From a bacterium (lineage in GTDB: Bacteria > Patescibacteriota > Patescibacteriia > SG8-24): a stretch of DNA of 61,974 nt. Where the stretch lies: positions 1 through 61,974 of the forward strand of contig JAHFIW010000004.1 of assembly GCA_023246195.1 (NCBI GenBank), read 5' to 3'. Both the position numbers and the translations under genes were made by a program. The notes under the pieces were generated by a model that ran no database searches, was not told the origin of the DNA, and worked only from the letters and a program-made list of their open reading frames with translations. How positions within the stretch are numbered: position 1 is the first letter of the stretch; every line of letters starts with the position of its first letter. Positions 51,428 to 60,289 of this stretch are shown here, one piece after another.

Positions 51428-51436
51428 AGGCTAGCA
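51428..51436 (-). promoter_or_regulatory. extended -10 element TGCTAGCCT, 10 nt from ATG 51417 (near-leaderless)
   Basis: The minus strand reads aatcTGCTAGCCTatgcagcactATG. Confidence 0.45.
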
Positions 51437-51459
51437 GATTCCTGGGGTTTTGTCTAGGG

Positions 51460-51891
51460 CTAGACCTTCGCGGTCTCGGCGGCAGCTGCGGACCGTTTCA
51501 GCTTCTTCGATTTTATCTTCGCGTCAACGGTAAGCTCGTCTGCGGAATTCATGGCAATGGCCCAAGCGGCGGCGGCCAGGCCCGCATCGCGCACGCCGAG
51601 AGCGACATCAATGTCCTTGCCTACGCTGACGGCGATGATCATGAGATGCAGACCGAGCAGCAACGACACGAGGCGCGTAAAAAATCCGACGAACATGCAC
51701 ATGCCGAACACGATTTCCATCACGCCGTTCATCTGCACGAACAGCACCGCCGAAATCGGCAAGCTGGCGGTCCACGCCGGCAGGAAAAGCGTCCACGCGA
51801 CGGAATTCGCGAGCTGCGCATAGCCGAACCAGATGAACAGGAGCGCCATGGCGTAACGGAGAAAAACTAAGCCCTTATTTTGCATCTGCAT
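51460..51891 (-). CDS. DoxX-family membrane protein
   Basis: 143 aa, four TM helices, LRYAMALLFIWFGYAQL and GVMEIVFGMCMFVGFFTRLVSLLL patterns. Confidence 0.65.
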   Translation of the reverse strand: MQMQNKGLVFLRYAMALLFIWFGYAQLANSVAWTLFLPAWTASLPISAVLFVQMNGVMEIVFGMCMFVGFFTRLVSLLLGLHLMIIAVSVGKDIDVALGVRDAGLAAAAWAIAMNSADELTVDAKIKSKKLKRSAAAAETAKV

Positions 51892-51939
51892 ACGTAAGTA
51901 ATTATTCGACTGAGTCGATGACAGGCGATGTGTAGACGA

Positions 51940-52518
51940 TCATGTACGAATGGCCAAGGCAATGGCACGACGGATTTCGCCGCGACCCTTGCTTTCCTTG
52001 GTGCTGTGAAAAAAAATCTGCGTGTCGGGATAATCCTTCACCAAGATGCGCTTTATCGCGGCAGTCTCGCTGCTGGAGAGCTTGTCGATCTTGCTGGCAA
52101 TGATGGCGAACGGGATCTTTGCCGCAGTCAGGAAAGACAGCATGTTCTTGTCTAACGCGGTGGGACCGATACGGGAGTCGATCACCACGAACACCAGTTT
52201 CAGGAACTTGGTCTCCTGCAAATAGTCGGTAATCAGCTTGGTAAACAGCTCACGCTTGCCCTGACGTCCGCGGGCAAAGCCATACCCGGGCAAATCGACC
52301 AAAAAGTAGGTCCGGTCAAGTTCGTAGAAGTTGAGCGTCCTCGTGCGGCCAGGCTCCGAACTGACGCGTGCAAGGCCAGGCTGAGCCCCGAGAGCATTTA
52401 CTAACGACGACTTACCGACGTTGGAACGTCCAACAAGCGCCACATGTGGGCGTTCGCTGTCGGGCATGTCTGCCAGATTGAAGACGCTTTTGATGAACTC
52501 GGCCATACAGGGAAGCAT
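51940..52518 (-). CDS. engB: ribosome biogenesis GTPase EngB/YsxC
   Basis: G1 GRSNVGKSSLVNAL, G3 DLPGYGF, G4 SKIDK. Alternative ATG at 52506. Confidence 0.9.
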   Translation of the reverse strand: MLPCMAEFIKSVFNLADMPDSERPHVALVGRSNVGKSSLVNALGAQPGLARVSSEPGRTRTLNFYELDRTYFLVDLPGYGFARGRQGKRELFTKLITDYLQETKFLKLVFVVIDSRIGPTALDKNMLSFLTAAKIPFAIIASKIDKLSSSETAAIKRILVKDYPDTQIFFHSTKESKGRGEIRRAIALAIRT

Positions 52519-52573
52519 TTTTGCTGCTCACAGCATAGCTTTTTTTGCATGGTTTAGCAATACTTCGAGGTTT

Positions 52574-52954
52574 CTAGCGAAACCAGCCGAAACTGCGGAC
52601 CACTTGCAGATAACCGAGCGCCAAGACGAAGAACACCAGCATGCCTGCGGGAATCGCCTTGCCCGTACCGATACGAGGAGCAAGAACGGCCACGGTTATC
52701 ATATAAGGAATCCACGAAACGACGGTACCGAAAAGCACCAGCCAGGCATGTTGGGCCACGGCCGCGCCACCGCTCTCTTCCCCGATAAAAAGGTAAGCGA
52801 CCAGCGTGAACACGGGCATGAGCGTGGCAAAACCGGAAAGCAGCCGGTTATTGCTCTTCTCCAAGACGACGATCACCGTGGTGACCGCTCCGCCGACGAC
52901 AAAATACATGAGATACTCCTTGATATGCTGGCCCATAATGAAAATGTCATGCAT
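52574..52954 (-). CDS. small four-TM membrane protein (GlpM/DUF3147-like; family assignment tentative)
   Basis: 126 aa, hydrophobic throughout. Extended -10 upstream. Confidence 0.5.
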   Translation of the reverse strand: MHDIFIMGQHIKEYLMYFVVGGAVTTVIVVLEKSNNRLLSGFATLMPVFTLVAYLFIGEESGGAAVAQHAWLVLFGTVVSWIPYMITVAVLAPRIGTGKAIPAGMLVFFVLALGYLQVVRSFGWFR

Positions 52955-53004
52955 TACCCTGTTCTCATAAATTGATTTTTTTCTGCATCATTCCACGTGC
53001 TTAC

Positions 53005-53013
53005 AGTATAGCA
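53005..53013 (-). promoter_or_regulatory. extended -10 element TGCTATACT for the 52954 gene
   Basis: Reverse complement of agtatagca. Confidence 0.5.
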
Positions 53014-53046
53014 TCCGTAACCCGCACGGAAGAGCGGAGTCACGAT

Positions 53047-53071
53047 CCCCGGACCAGAAGTTCGGGGTTTT
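53047..53071 (+). other. plus-strand hairpin plus T4 (CCCCGGA-N7-TTCGGGG-TTTT) just upstream of the 53103 gene promoter
   Basis: Read directly. Same arrangement as 8068-8098 upstream of the paralogous gene. Confidence 0.4.
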
Positions 53072-53090
53072 GATGACAATTAAAATGCGC

Positions 53091-53096
53091 TATACT
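53091..53096 (+). promoter_or_regulatory. -10 box TATACT, 6 nt from ATG 53103 (implies a leaderless mRNA)
   Basis: tatact tatggt ATGaaaaaa read directly. Confidence 0.45.
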
Positions 53097-53102
53097 TATG
53101 GT

Positions 53103-55274
53103 ATGAAAAAATCGCTCTCACTGCTACTCCTTGCCAACGCCCTCTTACTGCCGCTTTCCGCGCACGCGCTCGAGGTGCTTCCAAACTTCAACCCTAACGT
53201 CATCGTGCTCGATGCCGCCTTTACGGATCTCAGGACTTTCACGGGACCCGAAGGCATCCAGCGCTTTCTCGAATCCAAGGGCAGCGTCCTTGCCAACACG
53301 TCGCCGGATTTCCTGGTAAAGCTCGGCGAACCCGACAGCGTCTCCCTCAAACAGACTCTCGACGACCCGGAACCGAACCTCGGCAGGCTGCGTACGGCTG
53401 CGGAAATCATATGGGATGCCGGGCAATCGAGCGGCATGAATCCCCAGGTGATCTTGGTCACGCTGCAAAAGGAACAGGGACTCATCGGTGACGTCGACCC
53501 CAGTCGCCTGCAACGAGCGCTTAATCACGCCATGGGTTTCGACTGTCCTGACTCCTCGGGCTGCGGCAACCTGTTTCCCGGTTTCTACTACCAGCTGTTC
53601 GGCAACGTCGACACGCAAGGCAACCGATACTTGGGGGCAACCAAGTCGCTCATGAAGTCCTTCGTCACGCCTGGCGGACGCGGACCGACCATCGCCGGCT
53701 TACCCGCGCACGTGGGGCAAAACATCACCGTCGCAAATACGCTTGGCGATTACTTCGGCATTCCCGCGCTCCAGACCGTCACCATCGGCAACGCGGCGAC
53801 GGCAGCGCTCTATCGCTATACCCCGCACGTATTCAACGGCAACTACAACTTTTGGAAATTTTTCACCTCGTGGTTCAAGTATCCCAACGGCACGCTCATC
53901 CGCTCTACGGCCGACGACACCGTCTACATCATCAGCGACGGGGCATTACGCCGCGTCCCCACGTTCGTCTCGGTCGCGCGCCAGCTCGGCCTCGGCACGG
54001 CCATCACCGCTTCTCCGACGGAAATAAGCGGCTATCCCATCGGCCCTACCTACGGCCCGGTAGACGACACGGTCATCTCGCTGAACGGCCAGTTCTACGT
54101 TTTCATAGACAGCGTCAAGCATCCGGCCAGCAGCTTCGTGCTCACCAAGCGCAAACTGGACCCGGCGATGATCCTGCCTATCTCCCCCGCCGACGCCGAC
54201 CTGTTTGAAACGGGTACGCAGCTCACCCCGCCGGACGGTACGGTCCTTAAGACGCCGAGCAGTGCCGACGTCTACCTGGTCGACGGCGGCATGCTCAAAA
54301 AGTACAGCGCATTCACCTTCAAGCAGTTCAAGGCAAGCAAGTTGCTCCAGATACTTCCCGCCGAAGAAGTAGCGCTGTATCCGAAGCAGGGCTACGTCGC
54401 TCCGATGAACGGCACGCTCATCAAGAGCCTCAACGGCGACGGCATCTACCTGATGAGCGACGAACGCCGACTGCCGCTCACGCCGGAGCTGTTCAAGAAT
54501 CGCGGCTACAGCAAAAAAAACGTAGTCGCGCTGACCACCGATGAAGAGATCGCCTCAATTCCCGTCGGGCCGCCGGCGACGCCTAAGGATGACACGTTCT
54601 TCTTGCTCGACACCGAACTTTTCATCTTCACGTCCGGTGCCAAACACCCCATCTTCCCGTTCGTCGCCAAACAGCGCGGCATCAAGGCTGACTACGCCTT
54701 CGAAGCCAGCATTGCCAGCACTTGGCCGGACGGCATCGCCATTTCTCCCAAGGACGGTACCGTATTGCGCGGAAAAACCGATTCAACCACGTACGTAGTC
54801 ATCAAGGGCCAACTCCGCGCACTCACCAGTCAGCTCTTCAAGCTGCTCGGCTTCAACCCAAAAAAGACACTGACCGTCGATGACGGGGAGATTGCGGCGC
54901 TGGCCAAGGGTCCCTACGCCGAACCGCCGGAGAACACCTATTTTCAGGCGCAGGGCGGCGAAGTCTACGTATTCATGCATGACACAAAGCGCCGCATCTA
55001 TCCGTTCGTCGCCAAACAGCGCGGCATGACGCCCGACTACGCGTTCACCGCCGATCAGGTCAATGACTGGACCCTCGGCGACCCCGTCGCCCCGCGAGAA
55101 GGGACGCTGCTTCGTGCCGACAATGCAAGCGCCATATATCTGGTATCGAACGGAAAGCTGAGACCCCTATCAACGCTCGCATTCGCAAAGCGCGGCTACA
55201 ACGTCAAGAAGGTTCTGACGGTTCCGGCCGCGGACATGAGCGCCTTCCCCAAAGGAGACGCGATTGCCAAGTAA
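53103..55274 (+). CDS. large secreted cell-wall-associated protein (723 aa), paralog of 8127..9557
   Basis: Signal peptide MKKSLSLLLLANALLLPLSAHA. NPQVILVTLQKEQGL motif. At least seven C-terminal repeat modules (DDTVYIISDGALRRV, SADVYLVDGGMLKKY, GDGIYLMSDERRLPL, DSTTYVVIKGQLRAL, GGEVYVFMHDTKRRI, ASAIYLVSNGKLRPL). Confidence 0.75.
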   Translation: MKKSLSLLLLANALLLPLSAHALEVLPNFNPNVIVLDAAFTDLRTFTGPEGIQRFLESKGSVLANTSPDFLVKLGEPDSVSLKQTLDDPEPNLGRLRTAAEIIWDAGQSSGMNPQVILVTLQKEQGLIGDVDPSRLQRALNHAMGFDCPDSSGCGNLFPGFYYQLFGNVDTQGNRYLGATKSLMKSFVTPGGRGPTIAGLPAHVGQNITVANTLGDYFGIPALQTVTIGNAATAALYRYTPHVFNGNYNFWKFFTSWFKYPNGTLIRSTADDTVYIISDGALRRVPTFVSVARQLGLGTAITASPTEISGYPIGPTYGPVDDTVISLNGQFYVFIDSVKHPASSFVLTKRKLDPAMILPISPADADLFETGTQLTPPDGTVLKTPSSADVYLVDGGMLKKYSAFTFKQFKASKLLQILPAEEVALYPKQGYVAPMNGTLIKSLNGDGIYLMSDERRLPLTPELFKNRGYSKKNVVALTTDEEIASIPVGPPATPKDDTFFLLDTELFIFTSGAKHPIFPFVAKQRGIKADYAFEASIASTWPDGIAISPKDGTVLRGKTDSTTYVVIKGQLRALTSQLFKLLGFNPKKTLTVDDGEIAALAKGPYAEPPENTYFQAQGGEVYVFMHDTKRRIYPFVAKQRGMTPDYAFTADQVNDWTLGDPVAPREGTLLRADNASAIYLVSNGKLRPLSTLAFAKRGYNVKKVLTVPAADMSAFPKGDAIAK

Positions 55275-55346
55275 CGAATTCTCCAAAATGACGACAAAGC
55301 CCGCACTCTCATGCGGGCTTTCGGAAATCTCCTTGTTCGCACCCGT

Positions 55347-55649
55347 TTACTTCATGGCCCTGATCAAATCGAGCATCTCATCGATCTTCGCTTCCATTGC
55401 GGCAAGCCTGTCGTTGGCGGTCGGACCGGAGGCGGCAGGCGCTCCGTAGCCCATGTCATAACCCATGCCGCCGCCCATCTGCGGCGCAGCACCGGCGGCC
55501 TCGCCCTCGGCGCGTGCGGTCGCCGCACAGCCCCCATTGCGCTGGTCGCAAGACCAGAATGCCGAATACGGCTTGCCCGTCTTCTTGCTCGTACCTGCCG
55601 GCACAAGCCGCATCTCATGATCGCACTTTTCGCAGACTTTGGTCATCAT
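55347..55649 (-). CDS. small topoisomerase-type zinc-ribbon protein with a Gly/Met-rich linker and a C-terminal amphipathic helix
   Basis: MMTKVCEKCDHEMRLVPAGTSKKTGKPYSAFWSCDQRNGGC, then low complexity, then NDRLAAMEAKIDEMLDLIRAMK. Starts 24 nt after the upstream stop. Confidence 0.55.
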   Translation of the reverse strand: MMTKVCEKCDHEMRLVPAGTSKKTGKPYSAFWSCDQRNGGCAATARAEGEAAGAAPQMGGGMGYDMGYGAPAASGPTANDRLAAMEAKIDEMLDLIRAMK

Positions 55650-55672
55650 AGGGGAAAATTGAAGAGTAGGTC

Positions 55673-56860
55673 TTATTGAAACTGGATGAACGACGGCTGC
55701 GGTGTCAATTCCAGCACTTCCTTTGGCGTCATCATCACCGTACCCGGCGTCTTGATGTCGTTCTTGTAGAACAGCTTGAAGCCCGTGAACTGCACCGGCT
55801 CGCTGTAGACGAACGACTTGTAGGTACTGATCTTCTTGGCCTTGAAACCCCAACCATCCATGTCCATCAGGATCTGCACGTCGGGCAGGGGCTTGATTGA
55901 CGTGGCATTCGTGACCATTCCTTGCGTATAGCGGTGGATGATCAGCACCTTTGGCGGCAGGCCGCGCTCCTTCACCAGCTTAGCCAGGTATTCCGCCACG
56001 ACGTTCATCTCTTTGGCATCGACAGTACCCACTTTGGTTCCCGGTTTGGCCCCCGTCTTCATGGAAAACTCCGGATCAATGGCCAAATGCACCTGCGGCT
56101 TGGAGAGAAACGGCTCGAGCAGGCGGACTTCGGTCATGATGTCGCCGAGCCCCACCTGCACTTCGAGGATGACGATGCCGTGCAGCTGATCTGCCAAAGC
56201 GACGGCCTTGTCGATTTCCGAACCAGGCATCCGTGCGCGATATTTTCCATCCGCACCCGGACTGCCTTGCGCAGACACCGCGATGTAGTCGATGGCCGGC
56301 AATACCGGCGTCGTCGGGTCGGCATCCGCCCAGCTCTTCATCTCGCCCTGGAGTTTCCGCAGCATCACGTCCGTAGGATACTCACCGAGCACGCCCATGC
56401 CCTTGGCAAAGAAATTCCCGTAATAAGCGATAATGCGCTTAAAGGGAAGAATCGCCCCGGGATTCGGGTACGGCGCATTCTTCACCGGCCAAAGGTCCTG
56501 AGGCTTCCGCTTCACCGGCGTTTTCTTCGTGACCGGTACCGGCAACAGGTCTGCTGGCGTTTTTGCAGGAGCCATCGGGGCGACAGCCGTAGCCCTTGGA
56601 GACTGCGATGAGTCGATATGCGCCAATAACAGCATCTTCCGGTCATAAGCGACCTTGTCGATGGCCGTATCCGGCTTTACTGGCTTCAATTTTCCCATCC
56701 AGTCGGAAAGAGCGGTCACGGCAGGCTTGGTGTCGCCTTTGACCGCCGCATGCTGCCGCGTTCCCCGAAATTGGACGAACATGAAAACGACGATGCCCAA
56801 AACCACCGCGACCAGAATCACGAAATCCTTTTTGTCGCCGGAAGCAGGACTCTCAGGCAT
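55673..56860 (-). CDS. membrane-anchored hypothetical protein (395 aa), possibly a TIM-barrel glycosidase-like fold
   Basis: N-terminal TM (FVILVAVVLGIVVFMFV), Pro/Lys-rich linker, about 270-aa globular domain (ILEVQVG...HLAIDPEF...MDMDGWGF). No motif recognised with certainty. Confidence 0.6.
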   Translation of the reverse strand: MPESPASGDKKDFVILVAVVLGIVVFMFVQFRGTRQHAAVKGDTKPAVTALSDWMGKLKPVKPDTAIDKVAYDRKMLLLAHIDSSQSPRATAVAPMAPAKTPADLLPVPVTKKTPVKRKPQDLWPVKNAPYPNPGAILPFKRIIAYYGNFFAKGMGVLGEYPTDVMLRKLQGEMKSWADADPTTPVLPAIDYIAVSAQGSPGADGKYRARMPGSEIDKAVALADQLHGIVILEVQVGLGDIMTEVRLLEPFLSKPQVHLAIDPEFSMKTGAKPGTKVGTVDAKEMNVVAEYLAKLVKERGLPPKVLIIHRYTQGMVTNATSIKPLPDVQILMDMDGWGFKAKKISTYKSFVYSEPVQFTGFKLFYKNDIKTPGTVMMTPKEVLELTPQPSFIQFQ

Positions 56861-56986
56861 GTGGTGACCTCGTTCACGGACCCCTTAACGCGATATAGGA
56901 TAGTATGCGCGACGGCGGATGTCTAATGCCGCATCGGCGCACGTTTCACGATTAAAGACGACCGGGAACGGACAGTCAGGTCCGAT

Positions 56987-57967
56987 TCACCGTACCGCCG
57001 CCGTATCCGGCAGCCGATAGGTCATCTCGCACGCCACGAACGGAGACTTGAGCCCGGGACATCGCGTCGTGTCAAAGCTCCTGACGAGACTTCCGATGTC
57101 GCCCGATGACAGCTCTCGCCGCTGCGACTTGTAATCGAGCACTGCGGCGACTTTCGCGTCCATCTGTTCTGCGGTGAGGGTCACGTACTCGGGCAGATAG
57201 TTCATGCCGTCCGCCTTTTCCAAAAATGACAGGAACGACTTGCGGAACGTCGCCGTCTCATGCGCCATGTACGGGAAATCCTCGTAAAGGTAAAAAGCGA
57301 CGGTCGCATTGCCCAAATGGGCAGCTGCGACTTTCACGAAGGCCTCGTGCAGAAGCTTGTGGTCCGGATGCTCGACGTTCGGTTCAAACAACGCGGGCGC
57401 GAATATGTTCACCGGCCTTCCTTTCTTGATAGCCGACGCCACGACCGCCTCAATGTCGGCCGCCAAGCGCTTCTCGATGTCATCAGTCGGCGCCTTCGGC
57501 CTGTACTGATAGTCGAGATAGCCAAGATTCTCGACGGCCGCATGAAGCGACGCCATTGCCACGGCATTTTCCCGCGCCCGCGCGACCATCGCCTCGTGAC
57601 TGTCCCCGAAGCCGCTCCGCGAGTCCCACGTGGTCCGCACCGGCGCAGTCGGCTCACCCGCAAAGAACGTGATCACCGTCGATCGCGTTCCGTCTCGCGC
57701 CAGCAGGCCGCCCAAGGAAAGAGCCCCGTCGTCGAAATGCGGCGCGAGGATGACGATCAGGGGATCCTTTTCCCCGCCGGCAGTCGGCTCATATGCAGTT
57801 GCCGTCGGCGCAGGCTGCTTCGGAGTCGCCGGCAATGACGCGACGGCGACCGCCGGTCCGCCCGTGCGAACCCCCGCATGTCTCCGATAATACGAAAATC
57901 CGCCGATCGCCAGCGCGCTGACGGCTGCAAGAAGAAAGATGAATGAAAAACGTCGCATGCGCGACAT
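56987..57967 (-). CDS. PIG-L/LmbE-family N-acetylglucosaminyl deacetylase, membrane-anchored
   Basis: LAPHFDDGALSLGG (AHPDD-type zinc motif) and HPDH. N-terminal TM. Confidence 0.75.
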   Translation of the reverse strand: MSRMRRFSFIFLLAAVSALAIGGFSYYRRHAGVRTGGPAVAVASLPATPKQPAPTATAYEPTAGGEKDPLIVILAPHFDDGALSLGGLLARDGTRSTVITFFAGEPTAPVRTTWDSRSGFGDSHEAMVARARENAVAMASLHAAVENLGYLDYQYRPKAPTDDIEKRLAADIEAVVASAIKKGRPVNIFAPALFEPNVEHPDHKLLHEAFVKVAAAHLGNATVAFYLYEDFPYMAHETATFRKSFLSFLEKADGMNYLPEYVTLTAEQMDAKVAAVLDYKSQRRELSSGDIGSLVRSFDTTRCPGLKSPFVACEMTYRLPDTAAVR

Positions 57968-58040
57968 GGGATATGCCGAATAAACGTCACTTCGCGCCGA
58001 GGTCTCAGACACGAACGCGAGCAACGACTCGCGGGAGGGG

Positions 58041-58616
58041 TCAGCCCTGGATCAAAATGCGCCCGCCTTCGTAAATGTGAAACGAATCGTCCTCTTCCGA
58101 TACGGTGAACACCGTCGTGCCCTTAAACACGTACGAGGCCGTAATGGCCGAGAGGTGCCGCGTGTGCACCTTAGTCGTAAAACCGAACTGTTCCGAAAGG
58201 TCCTTAAAACGTCCGGGATTGAGTTTCTTGGCGACAAGCCGCGGTCGCAAGCCCTCGATCATCGCTCCGGAATGGAGAATGACCCCCTTCTTGTCGATAA
58301 GAATCGCGCCGTCAAAATTTATGGTTTGCGCGACGTTTCGACTGCCATGCTCCCCCGGCTTGAGATGCATGATGTCAATGTGCCGCTTGTCAAAAATGTC
58401 CTGCTGACTGTCGGAAATATCGAGATATTCCTGCCATTTTTTCTGCCAACCCATAATGACAAACAAACCAAAATGCTTTTTGTGTTCCGTCAGGCGCAGG
58501 ATCAGTTGCGCGACGCGCATTTTCAGATCCAACGGCAAAACGACCTTTGACCCGTCAAAGCTCCTCATGACGCCGTCCAATCGTTTCTGTAGGGCTGGCA
58601 TAACCGAATAGTTCAA
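58041..58616 (-). CDS. DisA_N/DAC-domain (diadenylate cyclase-like) protein, soluble, variant RHR motif
   Basis: DGAILIDKKGVILHSGAMIE (DGA motif), HTRHLSAITAS (RHL in place of RHR), TVFTVSEEDDSFHIYEGG (VSEE motif). TTG start at 58616 with AGGAG 5 nt upstream. Confidence 0.6.
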   Translation of the reverse strand: MNYSVMPALQKRLDGVMRSFDGSKVVLPLDLKMRVAQLILRLTEHKKHFGLFVIMGWQKKWQEYLDISDSQQDIFDKRHIDIMHLKPGEHGSRNVAQTINFDGAILIDKKGVILHSGAMIEGLRPRLVAKKLNPGRFKDLSEQFGFTTKVHTRHLSAITASYVFKGTTVFTVSEEDDSFHIYEGGRILIQG

Positions 58617-58683
58617 TCCTTCTCCTTCTTATGAGGGGAGCATACCAAATAAACCGCGCAGCAGCACGTTCCGCGGCACGAAC

Positions 58684-59184
58684 TCAAGACTTGCGATGCC
58701 GCATTGACGGCGCGTGCTTCGGCATGATCATCCAGAGGTAATACACGACGCCGAAGTCAGCAAGGATGGAAACGAGCTTAAACGCGGAAAATCCGATTAC
58801 CAACTCGAAGCAGCCATAGACGGCGAGCGCGCCGAAAAACACCAGGGCCGCGCTCCGAAAGCGCGAGGAACGGTGCCAGATGCCGACAGCCAATAGGAGC
58901 TCGATGACTCCCAAGGCGATGGCGAGAAAACCAAGGTACCTTACCGACGCGTAACTGAAGCTTGCGTGAGAGAGCAGCCAGGAAACGAAACGGTCGGACG
59001 GGTCTTCGACAAGCTCGCTGGCGATAAGCCTGCGCGAGAACAAAAAAATGGTGCCTGTCATTATCTCGAAGACGCCCGCAAGCGCCTTATAGATGACGAC
59101 GGCAACGAGGCCCGCAGGGCGGCCAAACATGCCCGTTTCAGCATGCGTGGATGCCGGTTGCATTTTTGGATTCGTGATCAGCAT
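58684..59184 (-). CDS. DUF2127-family membrane protein (paralog of 42938..43432)
   Basis: GLVAVVIYKALAGVFEIMTGTIFL...ELVEDP...GVVYYLWMIMPKH. Overlaps the upstream stop by 7 nt. Confidence 0.7.
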   Translation of the reverse strand: MLITNPKMQPASTHAETGMFGRPAGLVAVVIYKALAGVFEIMTGTIFLFSRRLIASELVEDPSDRFVSWLLSHASFSYASVRYLGFLAIALGVIELLLAVGIWHRSSRFRSAALVFFGALAVYGCFELVIGFSAFKLVSILADFGVVYYLWMIMPKHAPSMRHRKS

Positions 59185-60260
59185 ACCGCCGCATGCTTCT
59201 TCTTCTCGAAGATCAAGGCCAAACGCTGCAAGGCCCAGCCCAATACGAGGAATATCCCAAGATACAGCGCGGTGGCCAAATACGGAGGCAGCTTCTTATA
59301 CGCAAAATCATAACGATACATCAGCGGCCAGTGCAGCAAGTATATCTCGTAGGAATACGCGCCGAACAAGCCGAGCAGGCCGAAACGGACGTTCAGGAGC
59401 GCAAGACCCTCGATGAGCGCGAGCATCGTCATGACGCTGACGAACTGCTCCTGCCAATGTCCCACGCCGGAATGCACCGCGCCGTACGCGAACGCCCCCA
59501 CGAGCAGCAGCGCCAACGGCAGGCGGATCGACGCCGGCAGCAACGCCGTTATGGGCTTTTTCGGAATGCGCTCAAGCACCATGGCCGCGGCCATTCCCAA
59601 CGGGAACGCCACGCAATGGAGGACATACAGCCAGACCGTCTCGACCGCGATAAGTTTCGCCGCGGCGGTGAACAGGATGCCGAAAAGCAGCATCGCGACG
59701 GCGGAAGCGAACGCGCGTCGCTTGCGATAGATGAACGGGAAAACGAGATAATAGGAAAAGAGGAACGTCAGGTACCACAAGGGCGAATTGGGATCGCGGT
59801 ACAGGTCGGCGCTCGTGTAGACGCCGAAGAAGCTCTTGACGACCGTCATCGCCGGATAGGACTTGTGCAGCAGGAAATAATCAGCCGCATACAAAACGGC
59901 CAGCATGATCCAGAGCGGCGCCAGCAGCGATCCGAAACGCCGCCGATAAAACTCGAGAGGCTTCAGGTTCAACCTGTCCTGCGAAATCACCAGGCCCAAT
60001 CCCGAAACGAAAAGAAACATGTTCACTCCGACGCCGGCGACGGTGGAAAACGGCCAAAGAAAAGCATTATTCGAGGAAAGCCCGTAGCCGATGTGGGCGA
60101 ACACGACGGTCAAAATCGCGAACCCCTTCAAGTCGCGCGTCAACGACGCGGGAAAAACCTCGCCGCGTTCCGCCTTTCGTATCGACAAAAGCAACGCAGC
60201 CAAAAAGATGACGGAGAACAACGCGGTCTGCAACTGCGGATTGGCGACAAGTACTTGCAT
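59178..60260 (-). CDS. acyltransferase family 3 (OafA/YrhL-type O-acyltransferase) membrane protein
   Basis: DLKGFAILTVVFAHIGY motif and about 10 TM helices. Start at ATG 60260, downstream of the Nramp stop (60290). Confidence 0.8.
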   Translation of the reverse strand: MQVLVANPQLQTALFSVIFLAALLLSIRKAERGEVFPASLTRDLKGFAILTVVFAHIGYGLSSNNAFLWPFSTVAGVGVNMFLFVSGLGLVISQDRLNLKPLEFYRRRFGSLLAPLWIMLAVLYAADYFLLHKSYPAMTVVKSFFGVYTSADLYRDPNSPLWYLTFLFSYYLVFPFIYRKRRAFASAVAMLLFGILFTAAAKLIAVETVWLYVLHCVAFPLGMAAAMVLERIPKKPITALLPASIRLPLALLLVGAFAYGAVHSGVGHWQEQFVSVMTMLALIEGLALLNVRFGLLGLFGAYSYEIYLLHWPLMYRYDFAYKKLPPYLATALYLGIFLVLGWALQRLALIFEKKKHAAVC

Positions 60261-60289
60261 GGATTTCAATGAGGCGCAGCGCCTCGGCA

